A stretch of DNA of 56,002 nucleotides, the filler included, from Streblomastix strix (lineage: Eukaryota), in assembly GCA_008636045.1 (NCBI GenBank). It is 2 parts of 2 records of this genome, joined end to end, with 100 filler letters (N's around TTAATTAATTAA, not from the genome) between each part and the next. Parts side by side here need not be neighbours in the genome. Positions count along the whole stretch, not along the records: positions 1 to 27,965 come from SNRW01000135.1; 1 more part is not named here. One strand, 5' to 3'. This document shows positions 1 to 12,919 of this stretch, in pieces. A program made the translations under genes and the position numbers. The notes under the pieces are model-generated. The model was given only the letters and a program-made list of their open reading frames with translations. It had not been told where the DNA came from and ran no database searches. Numbering within the stretch: position 1 is the stretch's first letter; each line of letters starts with the position of its first letter.

Positions 1-935
1 TTAGCTAAACTTTATTACATTTGACTCCGAAAAAATTAATTTGCTGAATCTGGTGGTTAATCTTATATACCTCATGCTTCATTAAATTGTTAATTAGTTT
101 ATTGTTACTAATTTGGCTCTTCAATACGCTATTATGTTGCGTCCTCTTCCGGTAAAGCTTAGACTGGCTACTATTCTCCATCTTATTTTTTATATATTTA
201 TTCAGCTGTTTGTGCTCCTTTAGCTCCCTCATGACTCATCTCTCTCACTATAGTATCTGGATCGGTGGGCATAGCTGCATTGCCAGTACGAGCACTAGGC
301 TCAGCTAATCAAGTATCTATATTAAAATCTGGTTCTCTCGCCATTCTATTAGGTATTATTTATGAAGGTAATGATATCTAAAAATCGCTAAATCTAAGAT
401 CAGGTACACCTTCATTCTATTTAACTAATCTATCAAAATTATCTTATGTTTCTTTTAACAATAATTCCCTTTATTCATATTGTTCATCCAATAATTATCA
501 TGCATCATCATTCTGTACAATTCTTTTTATTAAATGTTTATCTTAAATTATTTCCTTCCAATTTGGGCCAAATAATAATTAACTGGCATCTTTTTAACTT
601 GACATTTTAATGGTATTTTTAAACGTCTTAAGCCATTCATCACTTATTTTTTAATTACGATCAATTACATTAAATGAATATCTTAGTTAATTAAAGACCT
701 TATCACAACGTAATACTTTAGGTGGATCAATTTCATTAGGATAATGAAAGTATTTGTTAAGTAATTTTTGCCCTTATCTCATTCCTTTGGTGGAATATTG
801 AAATTTTGCGGATGATAATTCTGGCAATTGATTAATATCAATTATGTGTTTATTATACCGTATATTAGTACCTTCACTAATATCTGATGAATCTGACTAG
901 GATTTTTTATTCTTACTCTTATGTTTCTTTCTCAT
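1..935 (-). pseudogene. Viral-element hypothetical protein with in-frame TGAs
   Basis: ATG at 935, MRKKHKSKNKKSQSDSSD...; coding-like frame continues past TGAs at ~498, ~310 and ~229. No recognisable domain. Confidence 0.5.
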
Positions 936-1188
936 ATTAATTTATCATATAAAATTATACCATTAGGAGTTTAAGAATTTATGGTCTACATTTAATTTCT
1001 TTCATTACTTGTTTGTCAAGCTACTAAATCAGAGACAGAAATAGAATTTCGATTCTTACTCAGATAATTTAATAGGAGATAACGTATGGAATAATTAAAA
1101 CAAATAATTGATTTAACCAAAGATGATAGCCAAAAGGCAAGTTTGGAGTTTGTATAATAATTAGAGAACAAAAATAATTGAGAAGATA

Positions 1189-1261
1189 AATTGCACCAAC
1201 GAAATAAATTCCAAAAATTAATTTTAGTTTGATCTGGACGTTAATTCATGACTAATTTAAG
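1189..1261 (+). repeat. Intergenic repeat copy R1
   Basis: AATTGCACCAACGAAATAAATT..AAAAATTA.TTTTAGTTTGA...CTAATTTAAG, shared with 4585-4670. Confidence 0.8.
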
Positions 1262-1350
1262 TATCTAATTTTAACCCATATATATTTCTCTTTATATGAA
1301 TATATGCATTTCTTAGAAAATACAAACATTTATCAAAAATAATAATTTTG

Positions 1351-1932
1351 TCAAATAAGGCCAATAAATCGTTTGAACTTGGTATAGTAAATTTTATGAC
1401 GCATGCCATTGATATCCTTTGCGAAAACAAAGTAAGAACCACCTTTTTCTTCACTGGTGTGAAGCAACTTAAATTTTAATCCGTTAAATAATTAAAACAC
1501 ATCATCATGGAAATAAAAGTTCTCAAATTACCAATTACCATAATCGTTAATCATTAAAATTTCTTCATCAATATCATCAATATATATATATTCAATATTA
1601 CCCCGATGATACTAATCATTATTCAAACAATTTTAACTAGGTGTAACCCACCTTAGATTGGTAAGTGTATTATCAGTTTTGATCAGTGATTTATGATCTA
1701 CCTGTAATTTAAGTTCAGGATCGTCATTAGGTATAAATTTTAGTGCAACTAGTCCATGAATATTGCGAGTACGGCCATTTAAATCTACTCTCATATATCC
1801 TTATGGAGATTAATTAATTGTTGGTATAAATCCGTTAACTATTCTTCTAAAGCGCCATGGTTGTGTTGTAGTTATTTCAAATTCAGGTTCAACAACAAGT
1901 TGAACAAACTATTATTAATTATTATCTGTCAT
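1351..1932 (-). CDS. HNH homing-type endonuclease (193 aa), apparently intact
   Basis: Table-6 translation MTDNNQQQFVQLVVEPEFEI...GYMRVDLNGRTRNIHGLVALKFIPNDDPELKLQVDHKSLIKTDNTLTNLRWVTPSQN...KFKRFIGLI*; VDH...DN...NLRW is the HNH signature. Confidence 0.85.
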
Positions 1933-2731
1933 TTAACCAGTTGTTAAAAAAATAAAAAATAAATTTTTCTACCTGACACTTTGTCTGCATAATTTGAGCT
2001 GGCTGAATTTCAACTGGCCCCATCTCTAATAAGATATATTAATTCAAGGCTTATTTTATCAATAAATATCGTATTAACTATAATATTATTGAGGATATTA
2101 GCAATATTATTATTGGGGAATATATTCTTATTCTTCTTCTTCACTTATTTCTTATTCAATTTAAACTTATTTTAATTTTCATTTAACTTATTTCAACGCT
2201 TACAATTTATTTTTATAATTCTCATTCTATTTAATTGCTTCAGCATGTTATTATTTTACAAATTTATTCTCAGTTCGAAGAGAAATCAATTCTTCTAAGT
2301 CTAATTAGAGATTAATACATTTAATTAATAGTTTGTTTTATTCTTTCTTTTTATCAGGTTACGGTTTAATTTATTCTTATTAATCCATGTTATTGTCAAA
2401 ATAATCACTTTTATTTCTCGATTCCGAATCAAACAATTATTTTTATTTTTATTTTTATTTTTATGGAGTATTTCTAGCTTACATCATTAATTTTATTCAT
2501 TTAAGCTTAAATAATTATTTTTAGCTCTTTCTTGCCATCTTCGAAACATTTGATTTATTTCTTATCACGAACAAAATATTCATCATCAAAATATTAAATG
2601 TTTGTTCCATTCTCCATCATAAATTTATAAGCTTACGATTTGCCCATTTAATAATCAGAAATCTTTATCGAATTTAAGTGATACGTGAAGTTGAAAGGAA
2701 TTAATTGCGACTATCTAAAAGTAAAAAGTAA

Positions 2732-3427
2732 ATGAAAGAATTGACTGACCCAAATAATTAATAAAGATTATAGTATATAGATAATTTATTATCAAAAACA
2801 ATTCAAAATGAAAGTAACTAGCCCAGCCGCTAGTCAGGCATTGATGAAAGTAACTAATCAAGTTAATCATAACGTTAATTCAATAAAAATAAATATACTG
2901 ATGCCGATAGATTAACAGCTTAAGTTACCCCATAGAAAGTAATAGATAAATTAGCCCAGCCATTAGTATGAGATAGTGATCAAATAATTGTGCCGTTAGC
3001 CCAACCACTAGCCCAACCGATAATTGTGGATAATCATATAAACGCCTATTTATCTCATCCTAATCTGGAAGTTATGAAGTTTGTTGTGGATTGCATATGG
3101 AGAACTATTACACATAGAAATAAAGGTGATGATTTTATTTTATCTTCTGAGATTTTTTTTAAATTTTGATCTATTGTAACTTAAGAGAAGGAAGATGACA
3201 TAGAAATTGTGCTAGAGGAATCTACAATTGCAACATATTCTTGTCTAAGCAAATAATGTAAGAAGAAAGAAATAGTTAGAGTTATTGATGTACTGATAAA
3301 AAATATTTCGATTAATACGTAGGATAATGTACTTTGGAATAGCGTGGAAAAATTATATAGATTTAATAAAGATCTAGTTAGATTAAGTGAAGTACCAGCA
3401 ATTGATATTGACCCTAACGAATTTTGA
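2732..3427 (+). pseudogene. Viral-element hypothetical protein (232 codons, two internal TGA)
   Basis: ATG 2732 to TGA 3425 in one frame with TGA at 2969 and 3167; repeated LAQP motifs; no frameshift. Confidence 0.55.
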
Positions 3428-3454
3428 TATTAATTATTTTTTCAATTAAATTAA

Positions 3455-4497
3455 ATGGACGACATTGAACTTTCTACCTAAGAATAATTATAAGCTATGA
3501 AAGATGAACTAGATAAAATAAAAGAGATCGATCGCGAATAAAAATAGTTCGAATTATTACGTGAAAAATTAATTCCCTTCATTGAATAATAAATAATTAA
3601 GTACTTTACTTACTTTAGCTAATATATGAAAAATAAGGATGTTGATTTATCTAAACTAATGACCTTAAATACACCATAAGTTATTACAGGATACAAATAA
3701 TTCACATAACCAATCTAAGCGGATAAATTTATCAAAACAGGTGGAACTGATAACTAATTATTACTAGCTAGTGTATCAACATCAGACATTGATTAATTTT
3801 ACCTAAATACTACCCTCATGCGATGGGCTAATTGATTATTGAACCGAATAATGATATACGTAATTAAGGTATTAGGATAATGAAAAATAAAAATAATTGG
3901 GATAGCTTCGTACTCAGTGGCTGTAACGCTGACCCCACAGATAGAGATGGGGTATGGAAAGTAGGTTCTACTTCATCCTAATTCAGGATATAGAAATAAG
4001 AAGATGAAGCATATGATTACAAGGGATTGATTATTGATTTCGATTGTACATAACTCAAGTTCAATAATTAAATTATAGCACCTATTCCTATACCCCCTGT
4101 TTAATTAGCAACTTAATATTATATAGCACTGGGAATGTATGAACAACAAATATGGGGTTCATTAAAACGATATAATGATAGGATATATATATCACTCTAA
4201 ATAACTCACTCTAATCCTAATACATAAACTTAGTCTACTTATTCTATGTTCTCGATCAATAATAATGATATCAAGCCTAAATTTACTGGAACAACTAGAA
4301 ACCTACCTATTATCGCAGTTATATTCGCGTAAAAAGTAATAGGCTATCCTATATGTTGGAATGGTGCTATTCCTATTGATTCTTATATCGATCCTGATGG
4401 ACATGTTAGAATTAATACAATGTGTTAGCTAGTTTTACCGGACGATTTTTGTGTTTAGTTTTGTGATTCATATTCCCTACATAATTAATCAAGCTGA
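3455..4497 (+). pseudogene. Fibre/receptor-binding-like viral protein, frameshifted near 3797
   Basis: MDDIELSTQEQLQ... coiled N-terminus, then ADKFIKTGGTDNQLLLA (resembles phage tail-fibre repeat motifs), then a beta-rich C-terminus GIRIMKN...KGLIIDFDCTQLKFNNQII after a 1-nt shift. The fibre assignment is inference. Confidence 0.55.
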
Positions 4498-4584
4498 TAA
4501 AGTTAACCACGATAATTGTCGAGGTATAATTCTACACTAATTATTTGGCTAATTTATTAAGTTAATTTTAGCTCTAACTTTCAG

Positions 4585-4670
4585 TCAGATAAAAGGTGAA
4601 TTGCACCAACGAAATAAATTTAAAAATTATTTTTAGTTTGACCGAACATCAATTCAAGGGCTAACTTAAG
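4585..4670 (+). repeat. Intergenic repeat copy R2
   Basis: GTCAGATAAAAGGTGAATTGCACCAACGAAATAAATTTAAAAATTATTTTTAGTTTGA...CTAACTTAAG. Confidence 0.85.
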
Positions 4671-5289
4671 TGAAATTATTGCAGGTGATATTGAAGTAAT
4701 TCAAATTTAGTTATATAATGGTATAAATAAACAGATTCTATTAGTTAACGGTAATGCAGTTGATGTATGTGATTTTTAACCAAAAGAAAATCCATACGTT
4801 TTAGTAGATTTTACGTTATATCCAACTTCATTATTAATTGATACAAAAGACGCAGGGATAAGAATAAATAGAGGAATGGGAGACTAGTCATGTAATATTT
4901 ATTTGGGGGCTAATATTTATAAATAAATTGGTGGATTATCAATTTTAGAATATAGTTGGGTTATTTCTTCTTAGTTTGATGGTACGGGAACATGGATTCA
5001 TGATGCACTGTTCTAGATATAAAAAGATGATGATTATAAAAATATAAATAAAGGAATATATATAGACAGAGATTGTACTATATTAAAATTTAATGGTTAA
5101 GTAGTTGGTATTATTTCAGCCAAAAGAGGGCAATTTCATGGTGGTGATTATGTAGTCTGATTGAGTTAAGATAGTTTAGTTATAAATTTGCTTGGACGAA
5201 TAATTATTAATCCTAATTCTGCTATTAATTTACCTTCACAAATAAATGTACAAATTAACGGAACATATTTTATTGATTTCACCTCATGA
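4671..5289 (+). pseudogene. Start-less paralogous fragment (cassette) of the fibre-like gene
   Basis: NGINKQILLVNG...GIRINRG...KGIYIDRDCTILKFNGQVV aligns by eye with the 3455-4497 product; no ATG after the TGA at 4639; internal TGA at 5158; bounded by repeat copies. Confidence 0.65.
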
Positions 5290-5309
5290 ATCAGCGCCTA
5301 TATTTTTGT

Positions 5310-5394
5310 GGGTCAAACTTTACACTAATTCTGGGTCAGATAAAAAGCAAATTAAACTAACGAAATAAATTTAAAAATTATTTTTAATTTGATC
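5310..5394 (+). repeat. Intergenic repeat copy R3, with a 21-mer also found at 7994-8014
   Basis: GGGTCAAACTTTACACTAATT followed by GTCAGATAAAAAGCAAATTAAACTAACGAAATAAATTTAAAAATTATTTTTAATTTGATC. Confidence 0.8.
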
Positions 5395-5660
5395 AGTGGG
5401 GTAATTATCTCGCAAATTTAATTTAATTTTGTCGTTTTGAAATAACGAATGTATTTAATGATTTACTTATTATGATAAATTCATATTTCTATAAACTATT
5501 ATAAATAATGATAAATTCCTATTCATTTAATTCTTAAACATTATTTTCTTCATATATTTATTTCTAATCTATTTCTGATATATTAGCTTCAACTGCAATA
5601 ACGTGACACAATAACCAATCTGATTTAAACAAATAATTTTGTCTTTAAGCGCGAAAGAAC

Positions 5661-7443
5661 ATGGAATTTTTACTATGTCGGCTATCGGAGACCAAATAAA
5701 TAATTGATCTAACCAGCTCTCTAGTGTAACGTTAAATGTCAATGTTAGAGTCGATGCCATCAAATATCATTAATATGGAAAGTAGTGATGAGTTAATTAA
5801 AATGGATATTTTTTAAAATTCTTTTTCTCCATCTCGCTCAACGATTTTTAATTTCTTAGAATATTTAACCCCTTTAATTATCTGATGAATATTGAATAGC
5901 ATAATAGTTGTAAGCTAACTAAAAATATAATGTTGATGAAGTAATTAAATTTTGGTTAAGATTCTCAACAGCTTGTGGGCCATTCTAATAAATAGCTATA
6001 TGTCATGATAATACTAAATTATGGGAAACTTCTATTTACGCTAGAGAAGAAGCAATTATTTGTACAAATTCTTTATCTGATCTTACCGTTATTAATAGTG
6101 TTACTGTTTCACCCCTAGAAAATATAGTTTAAGGTAAACGCCATTGTGGTGTGTTTATTGATATCCCATGTGCTAAAATTAATGCGGATGGCAAAGATTT
6201 CTATTATAGAATTCCTGATCCTATTACTTTCTCTGGCGTAATGGACTTGAATTAACTTAATTCTATATTTAATGAATTTCCTGTTCGAACAAGAAATTAT
6301 GCCTCATTATATTTATAACTTTGGATGACTGAATTCCTATAAGATTTAAAAGTAGTTTGGTTAAATAAAACATTTCACTCATTAGATATACATTTAGCTT
6401 ACACTATGATACCAGCGGAGAAACCAGATACAATTACACTTTTGAATGATGCAGCTGCACCTGTAAGTGAACAATTTTCTGTTCGATTGATTAATTGTAA
6501 AGATTTGGATGATGCAGCTATTGACCCCAAAAACAGTACATAATAAATTGATACAGCATTCTTCGAATATTTATCGATATTTAATTTATGTTTCACCATG
6601 GAGAATGAAATGGCAATTATCGATATCATTATAGCATAAAGAATAATACAGTTCCCAATTTAAGTACTAAAGACCCAATTAACTAATTATCCTATATCAG
6701 GAACTCAAATGTAAACAATAATTTCATTCTTTAATATAAATAGTGCATTTATGACAATCGCTAGGTAATAATATCCAACATGGTTCACCACACTATTACT
6801 AAAGAAAATTGATTTAATTATTGACCAGATACATGCGACACCTAATCTATATGAATCACTGTCTGCTGATGTAAATAGATCAATATTGTAGTGTTTTGTT
6901 GACTAGGATATTGTATCAGCATCATCTGATCTTTATCGTTCTTTAACGTTCAAAAATATTAATATTAATGATAAGTACTACTAATACGGAAAAGATGATG
7001 GGCCAGCTGAATAATAAAATAACATATTTTATAATACAATATTATTTAAAGGATCTCAAGCAATAACAACATATTACCCGAAAAAATTTATGTTTGCTTG
7101 GAAATTAGCAACTGATGACTCGTTCATGAGAGGATATAATAGAACTAGAATTGGGACTAGAACTAATATATAAATGATTCTCCATTATTATTTGGTTGAT
7201 GGAATAGTGGAAAATTTTAAGATTTTCGATGCTGCTATAGCTACTAGAAAGAATTGAAATAATTTTGCAAGATTTATTGGAACTAGAAGTTATCTTATTT
7301 CAAAAGAGATTGCGTAGACGCCACTGGTTCATTTTTTATGCGACACTATTGTTCGAATTATGTTCAATGATGCCCCTGAACCATAAGTATTAAATTTTGA
7401 GATAATTGGAGAGATTGGTGGTAGTTTGATTATGGCAGGTTGA
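5661..7443 (+). pseudogene. Major capsid protein, double-jelly-roll type (Polinton/PLV-like)
   Basis: About 520 codons in one frame from 5881 to TGA 7441 (KFWLRFSTACGPF...HCGVFIDIP...FMFAWKLATDDSFMRGYN...PLVHFLCDTIVRIMF); size and C-terminal pattern fit Polinton-like MCPs. Internal TGA at 5893 and 7255; N-terminus probably frameshifted near 5870; start uncertain. Confidence 0.65.
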
Positions 7444-7468
7444 AAATATTAATTCAGGCTAATTTTAG

Positions 7469-7557
7469 GTCGGAGAAAAAGGTAATTTGCACCGCTGTTT
7501 ATTTTTTCAAAATTATTTTTAGTTTAATTGGATGCTAATTACAATGCTAATCTTAGG
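7469..7557 (+). repeat. Intergenic repeat copy R4 (divergent), just after the MCP stop
   Basis: GTCGGAGAAAAAGGTAATTTGCACC...AAAATTATTTTTAGTTT...GCTAATCTTAGG. Confidence 0.65.
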
Positions 7558-8220
7558 CTAATTTATATATCAATTCAGGATAATTTTAAGGGGCTATTTT
7601 CAGACCCTAATCAAGGAACCAATTTTGATTGGTAGAACAAAAATAATTTATTACTATTTTTAACGTTAATTTATTTTATAAATACATTCATTGAAACACT
7701 AGTGATAGTGATCAGTATTGACAAATAATCTTTTTTTATTATAAGTTTCTCGTTATTTTTCACTTAAGCTTAAATGCTCCTCAAGTATTATTTTATATTC
7801 CAAATATTATTGATGTGTTAATACTAAGGGATATTTATATTATAATAGATCTCCTCGATCGTAACTTAAATTGTCTATTACTTAGCCACAAATTGAAATT
7901 AAATTATTGGCACAACCTGATCCTAACATTTATATACGAAAAAATAATTAATGAGGATAAATTTTCCTTTGAACTCGTGCCGCCAATTTTGGCGGGTCAA
8001 ACTTTACACTAATTATTGGACTATCCGGTGTTGGCAAATTCCACCATTACCCTTTGATTAGAGTAAAACCGAGTCCCAAAATTTAGGCAGTCAAAAATAA
8101 TTTCAAAATTTACATATTTTACTTTCACACGCGCATTTAATTGCTGCTTCCCTAATTGTTATAAAGATAGACTGCCAATTGAGACCTAATTATTCCCCGA
8201 TTAATAGATATGTAATTGTT

Positions 8221-10925
8221 TCATTCATCGGCATTTATTGTAGGCTAAAGATCTATATAATCTGTTGCTGATAATTGGTATATGAATGGTGCGGCTAATT
8301 AACTATTGGGTAATAATATCATTTTAGTGTGAACACCAATTAGGTTATTCTTATTTAGGGATAATTTGGACATAACACCATCTTTCTAACCTAAACGAGT
8401 ATTAACACACTTCATTATCTTTCCATCAATTGTATCTAATATATTTTTTTAGTTATAACATTTTGTGATTAATTAATTCCTTTCAATTTAATTATTTTCT
8501 TCATTGCGTTAAAATAATAATTTTTTGGGGACTGGGCTATCAATACATCACTTTCTTTTTCAATCGCTAATCTTAATAATTTTTTTATTCATTTAGATCT
8601 TCAGTTATTGGAAAATATTATTTAGTGTTACTGTTATAAAATTATTGATCAGTTATTATATATTTAAACCCCTAATTAATAGGTTAATTAATGCCATCAG
8701 CAACCGCAAAGTACACTGAATCTGCATCTCCCTCAATAAAATGAAACCTATTTTTATTGAAGCACTTATACATAAAATTATAGATAAAATTGAGATACCA
8801 AAATTTCACGTTATCTAGGATAAAGTAAGCATCCTGTAATGGGTTTGTACACTTACATTTATCTGTATTTAATTATATATAATATAAATTATCGTTCAAT
8901 TAACGTTCATTCATAAAATTACCGGTTAAATGTGAAATATATGGATCGGCTTTTGTATTTAATTTTATATTACTAAATTTTTCTGTATTCATCCCATCTA
9001 ATCCATAGCATGTGATCATAACTATTTTGCAAAATTAATCTAATCTCTTATTATTAGATTTAATCGCTTATATTCTCTTATTCATAAATGTTTTAACAAA
9101 TATATTAAATTTATCATATTTGGTAAATAAAATAAGTTAACTAATGTCATCAATTACGAAACCACATGTATCAATTAAGAACCATAAATAATAGGAGCTG
9201 AAGGACATAAATTAATCGTAAGTGGATAATAATTAAGTTAGTTTCCTTTCTTTTTTATCTACCTTTATAATATTATTTTTCATAAAATTATAGGAATAAT
9301 TTCCAATCGTTTACTCGTTAGTTTGGTATGATAAATTCCTCAAAATATGTGGAAAATTAATGTATTGATCAATTTCTGATATATGACCCTTAATTGTTGC
9401 GATAAATAATTAATCGGCTAAAGTGTATCTAGTTGTTGAATTAATTATATTTAAACATCTCTATTTATTTTGTTCATCAACATTAATCATTTCCTTAACT
9501 GTTCCTGCCATAAATATTTTGTGATTAGTATAGAGGATTAATTGGTGAAATTTAATATTCATTACACTTTGATATAATGAAATAAAATCTAGACCTATAA
9601 TATTAGTGACCATATTATCTAGTTCAATTACTTTCACTTTATTTTCTTTATATACTAATTTCTTTATTCTCGTCACATTAGCAATATTAATTCGATTCTT
9701 TACATTATTCAATCCACCTGTAATTCCATCTCTAAGGGTTTGTTACACATATTAATTATTAATTGTTGTAGGTAAGTTAGATTTTTAACAATAATTTTTT
9801 TAATTATATCAATAATTTCATTTCTTAGTCGTATAGATTACTTTTGATCTAGTTATAGTATAAGCAGCATTATATAACATTATTCTTAGCATGAGATATG
9901 GAATTATTTAATCGGTCTAATGTGGGCTTATTTTTAAACGTAAATTTATCTTTACAAATATAACAGGGTTATCTAAATAATTTTTGAAAATATTCATAAT
10001 CACTTTATTTCACATTATTATCCACGGGACGATGGGCCAATTTATCTTAGGAAATATATCCTTCTACTTTAGCTTTCCAATATTAAGGAGTAAGATAGAA
10101 AGGGGGATCAAAACTAGTTATTGAATAATCACCATCTAATCTAAATTCGTTATAGGCTATAGAATACTTGACCGCATTAGCGCATGAGGCCATCGAGATA
10201 AATTAAAACATATCTACTTTATATTCAAAGAACAGTTTAATTAAATTTTTGATTGGTTCAATCATTAATTCGGTATCTAGTATATTATAATATTTCAAAT
10301 AATCCCATCTATTATTGAATTATTTATAATCCTAGAGATAGTTTAAATATTCTTCATCTGTAATCTAATTATTTTTCAACGTGTTATTGAACTCAGATTA
10401 TTTAAAGGGGATAGTTTAAGATAGCTATTCTTCATAATTATCCCCCATCAAATCGTATGGAAAGATGCCCTTACTTTATTGTAAGTTTGAAAAATTAACT
10501 ACAAATTAATTCAATGTCATTGGTAGTGCCACATATAAGAATGCGTCTAAAAATTTAAGCTTTACTGATAAATTATTATGTGAAATAATTAATTACTTAC
10601 AGAATTAAGAAGTATCCAAATAGCTAGTTATTTTCCATTAACTTGAGGATAAATAGGGGAATAATAATGACATATCAAATTTAGCGGAATTATATCCAAG
10701 GATAGGAACCTCGATTGAATAGGGGATAAGTTCATCATCATAATTATTATCGTGTTTAATTTAAACTGCTACTTTAAATATTTAATTTAACCATTAATTT
10801 ACAAAGTTATCTGTTCGAATATCGAAATAAATAGATTTAATACCCTTAGAGGAATAAATAGTGCTTGCTACTGATAGGGGGATTAATTTAGATATTAATT
10901 TACTATCTTTACCGAAATCAAAAAT
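8221..10925 (-). pseudogene. Protein-primed family B DNA polymerase (pPolB), 5'-truncated and inactivated
   Basis: VPILGYNSAKFD (ExoII), KGIFPYD, RWDYLKYYNILDT (ExoIII); damaged motif A LDFISLYQS, motif B KIVMITCYG and motif C EGDADS; frame changes between 8221, 9461 and 10794. Confidence 0.9.
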
Positions 10926-12919
10926 ATCTCTCAATACCATTGGAAACGAAAGACTTAGTAAGAATGATGAAAGGACGCAATTATACGGAATTATCAAAGA
11001 AGAAGTTATTGCGGAGAACAATATTATAGATGCTTCAATTAATATCGCACTTCAAAATCTAAAAGGATCAGACATACTCCAACGAATTTGCCACGAATTG
11101 AATTGAAGAAAATGAAAACTAAAATAAACCAAACACCATAAATCAAACATCAAAGAAAGCTAAAGAATAAGTGAATAAAATTTTTATCTGTTTAAGGATT
11201 GGACCACTTCACACTACCTATCCCTAACATGAATTAGGAATTGCAAACATTTCACAGCTCAAAAATTAGCCATCTTTAATCACAACACAAACGGAATTAA
11301 ATTCATTTAACGGAACAGCAATATCATGAAAAGAAGTAAAATAATCAAATAAGTATATCAGGAAAAGTAAGCCACGGTTGTAGACGTCTGTGTCTGAAAT
11401 GTCTTCAAGGGGTTTCAATGCATGAGTAAACTTTAATGCATTTAACTATATAGTGACAATTTTAATAGTTAGATAAAAAATGCAGATTTATCCCAGGTAC
11501 TAAAGATTTGTTCGATAAACTATCCTGAGGAAATAAGACTCGTACAAGATCTAAGAAATTGAAAAAATACATCTTCTATTTATTCCGTTGGTTATCCAGC
11601 AGAAATATCAGATTTATTAATTTTTGCTTAACGTTTTTTTCTTTTTCTTTTTGTAATTGCTACCCTATATTTAATATTGTTTAGTGAATCATCTAAAAAA
11701 ATTACTTTAATAATTGACTGTAGATATTAAATGAAAGTGAAACTGTTTTATGTTACTACTCATCGTCTATCAAACTATCGTCAAATTTGTTTAAATATTG
11801 CAAATATAAATAAAATTACTTCAATTGAATGATTGTAAATGAAACAAACTAATTTTCTAATATTTGTATTGGTAGGAGAATAACCGAGTCGCAAAAGCGT
11901 TATATACAATTGGAATATATATTTATTTTAATTTTAAAAATTAATTAATTTATTTAAAACAAAACATTTTTTAAATATGTTGATACCTAAAATTAAGCCG
12001 TATGAACTGTAAGGCTTCAAATTATTAGTTCGTATGATGGAAATTTCAAATAGTGAAGAAACATTAATTGAATAATTGCATTTTAATCAATAAATTATAA
12101 AATTATTAGTCATTGTTCAATTTTCGATTAAATTCATTAGTATTTTTATTTAAATAGAATTGAATAATTCTTTTAAACATTCTTATCTTTATTATTATAT
12201 TACTATATTTAAATAATTAATATTTGTACAAAAAAATAATTCAATTGCTAATTTAAATTTTAATTCAATATTAATTTACAAAGTTATTAAATGAATAAAT
12301 TTACCTCACATATCTATAAAAAATAATAGTTTTCTGCATTAAATTGATCATATCAAAAATTGGACATTATTTAAACAGATGTTCATACTAAAAAGACCAG
12401 ATTAACATATTTTTGTTGAATTATGATTTATGAATGAAACAATATTTCTAATTCATCACAAGAAAAGATATTTATTTTTGGTGGAAAATTAGAAGTATAA
12501 GTAAAATTGCGGATTATAATTCACTAAATTATAAATGATAGAAATTTGTATAACAAAAACTTTTATTCTATTAAATATAGAATTGAATGAGTTGTAACTT
12601 CAATATTCGCTTAAAAATTCTTGTTTAATTGGTTTAATTTCATTCATTCGTATATGTCTTCTTCATATTTGTCAATAGAACTCGTTTTCGACATCCCTTA
12701 TCGAAAATATATTATATTTAAATTACTAAACTTTGATAATGGAATGTACTCTTCTTATCATCATCATTCAATGTTCCCACTCATATTTTCAGTATCATTC
12801 TGATTGATCATTCTTTCAGTTCTCGAGGGAATCCTTTCCTTATTTCTATTTCACTTCGGGTTGGGATATATATTTTGGGAGGGCCAGAGGTTAGAAAAGG
12901 AGATACGAGGACAATAAAT

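Larger units (their letters stand above)
1..10925. mobile_element. Endogenous Polinton/Maverick-like virus (decayed; left end outside window, right end truncated within pPolB)
   Basis: Compact intronless gene cluster read with TAA/TAG=Gln: pPolB, capsid-like gene, HNH endonuclease, fibre-like genes and shared intergenic repeats. No integrase, packaging ATPase, protease or TIR seen in the window. Confidence 0.85.

Noticed and set aside
2045..2650. Possible minus-strand viral ORF
   Set aside because: Low-complexity and frameshifted; boundaries and product cannot be supported.
1189..7557. Repeats as a CRISPR array or integron attC sites
   Set aside because: Spacing is kilobases, copies are degenerate, and there is no cas or integron integrase gene; the context is eukaryotic.
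10926..11620. Coding-like plus-strand stretch after the pPolB breakpoint (possible transposase or recombinase relic)
   Set aside because: TGAs in all frames and no motif I can identify reliably.
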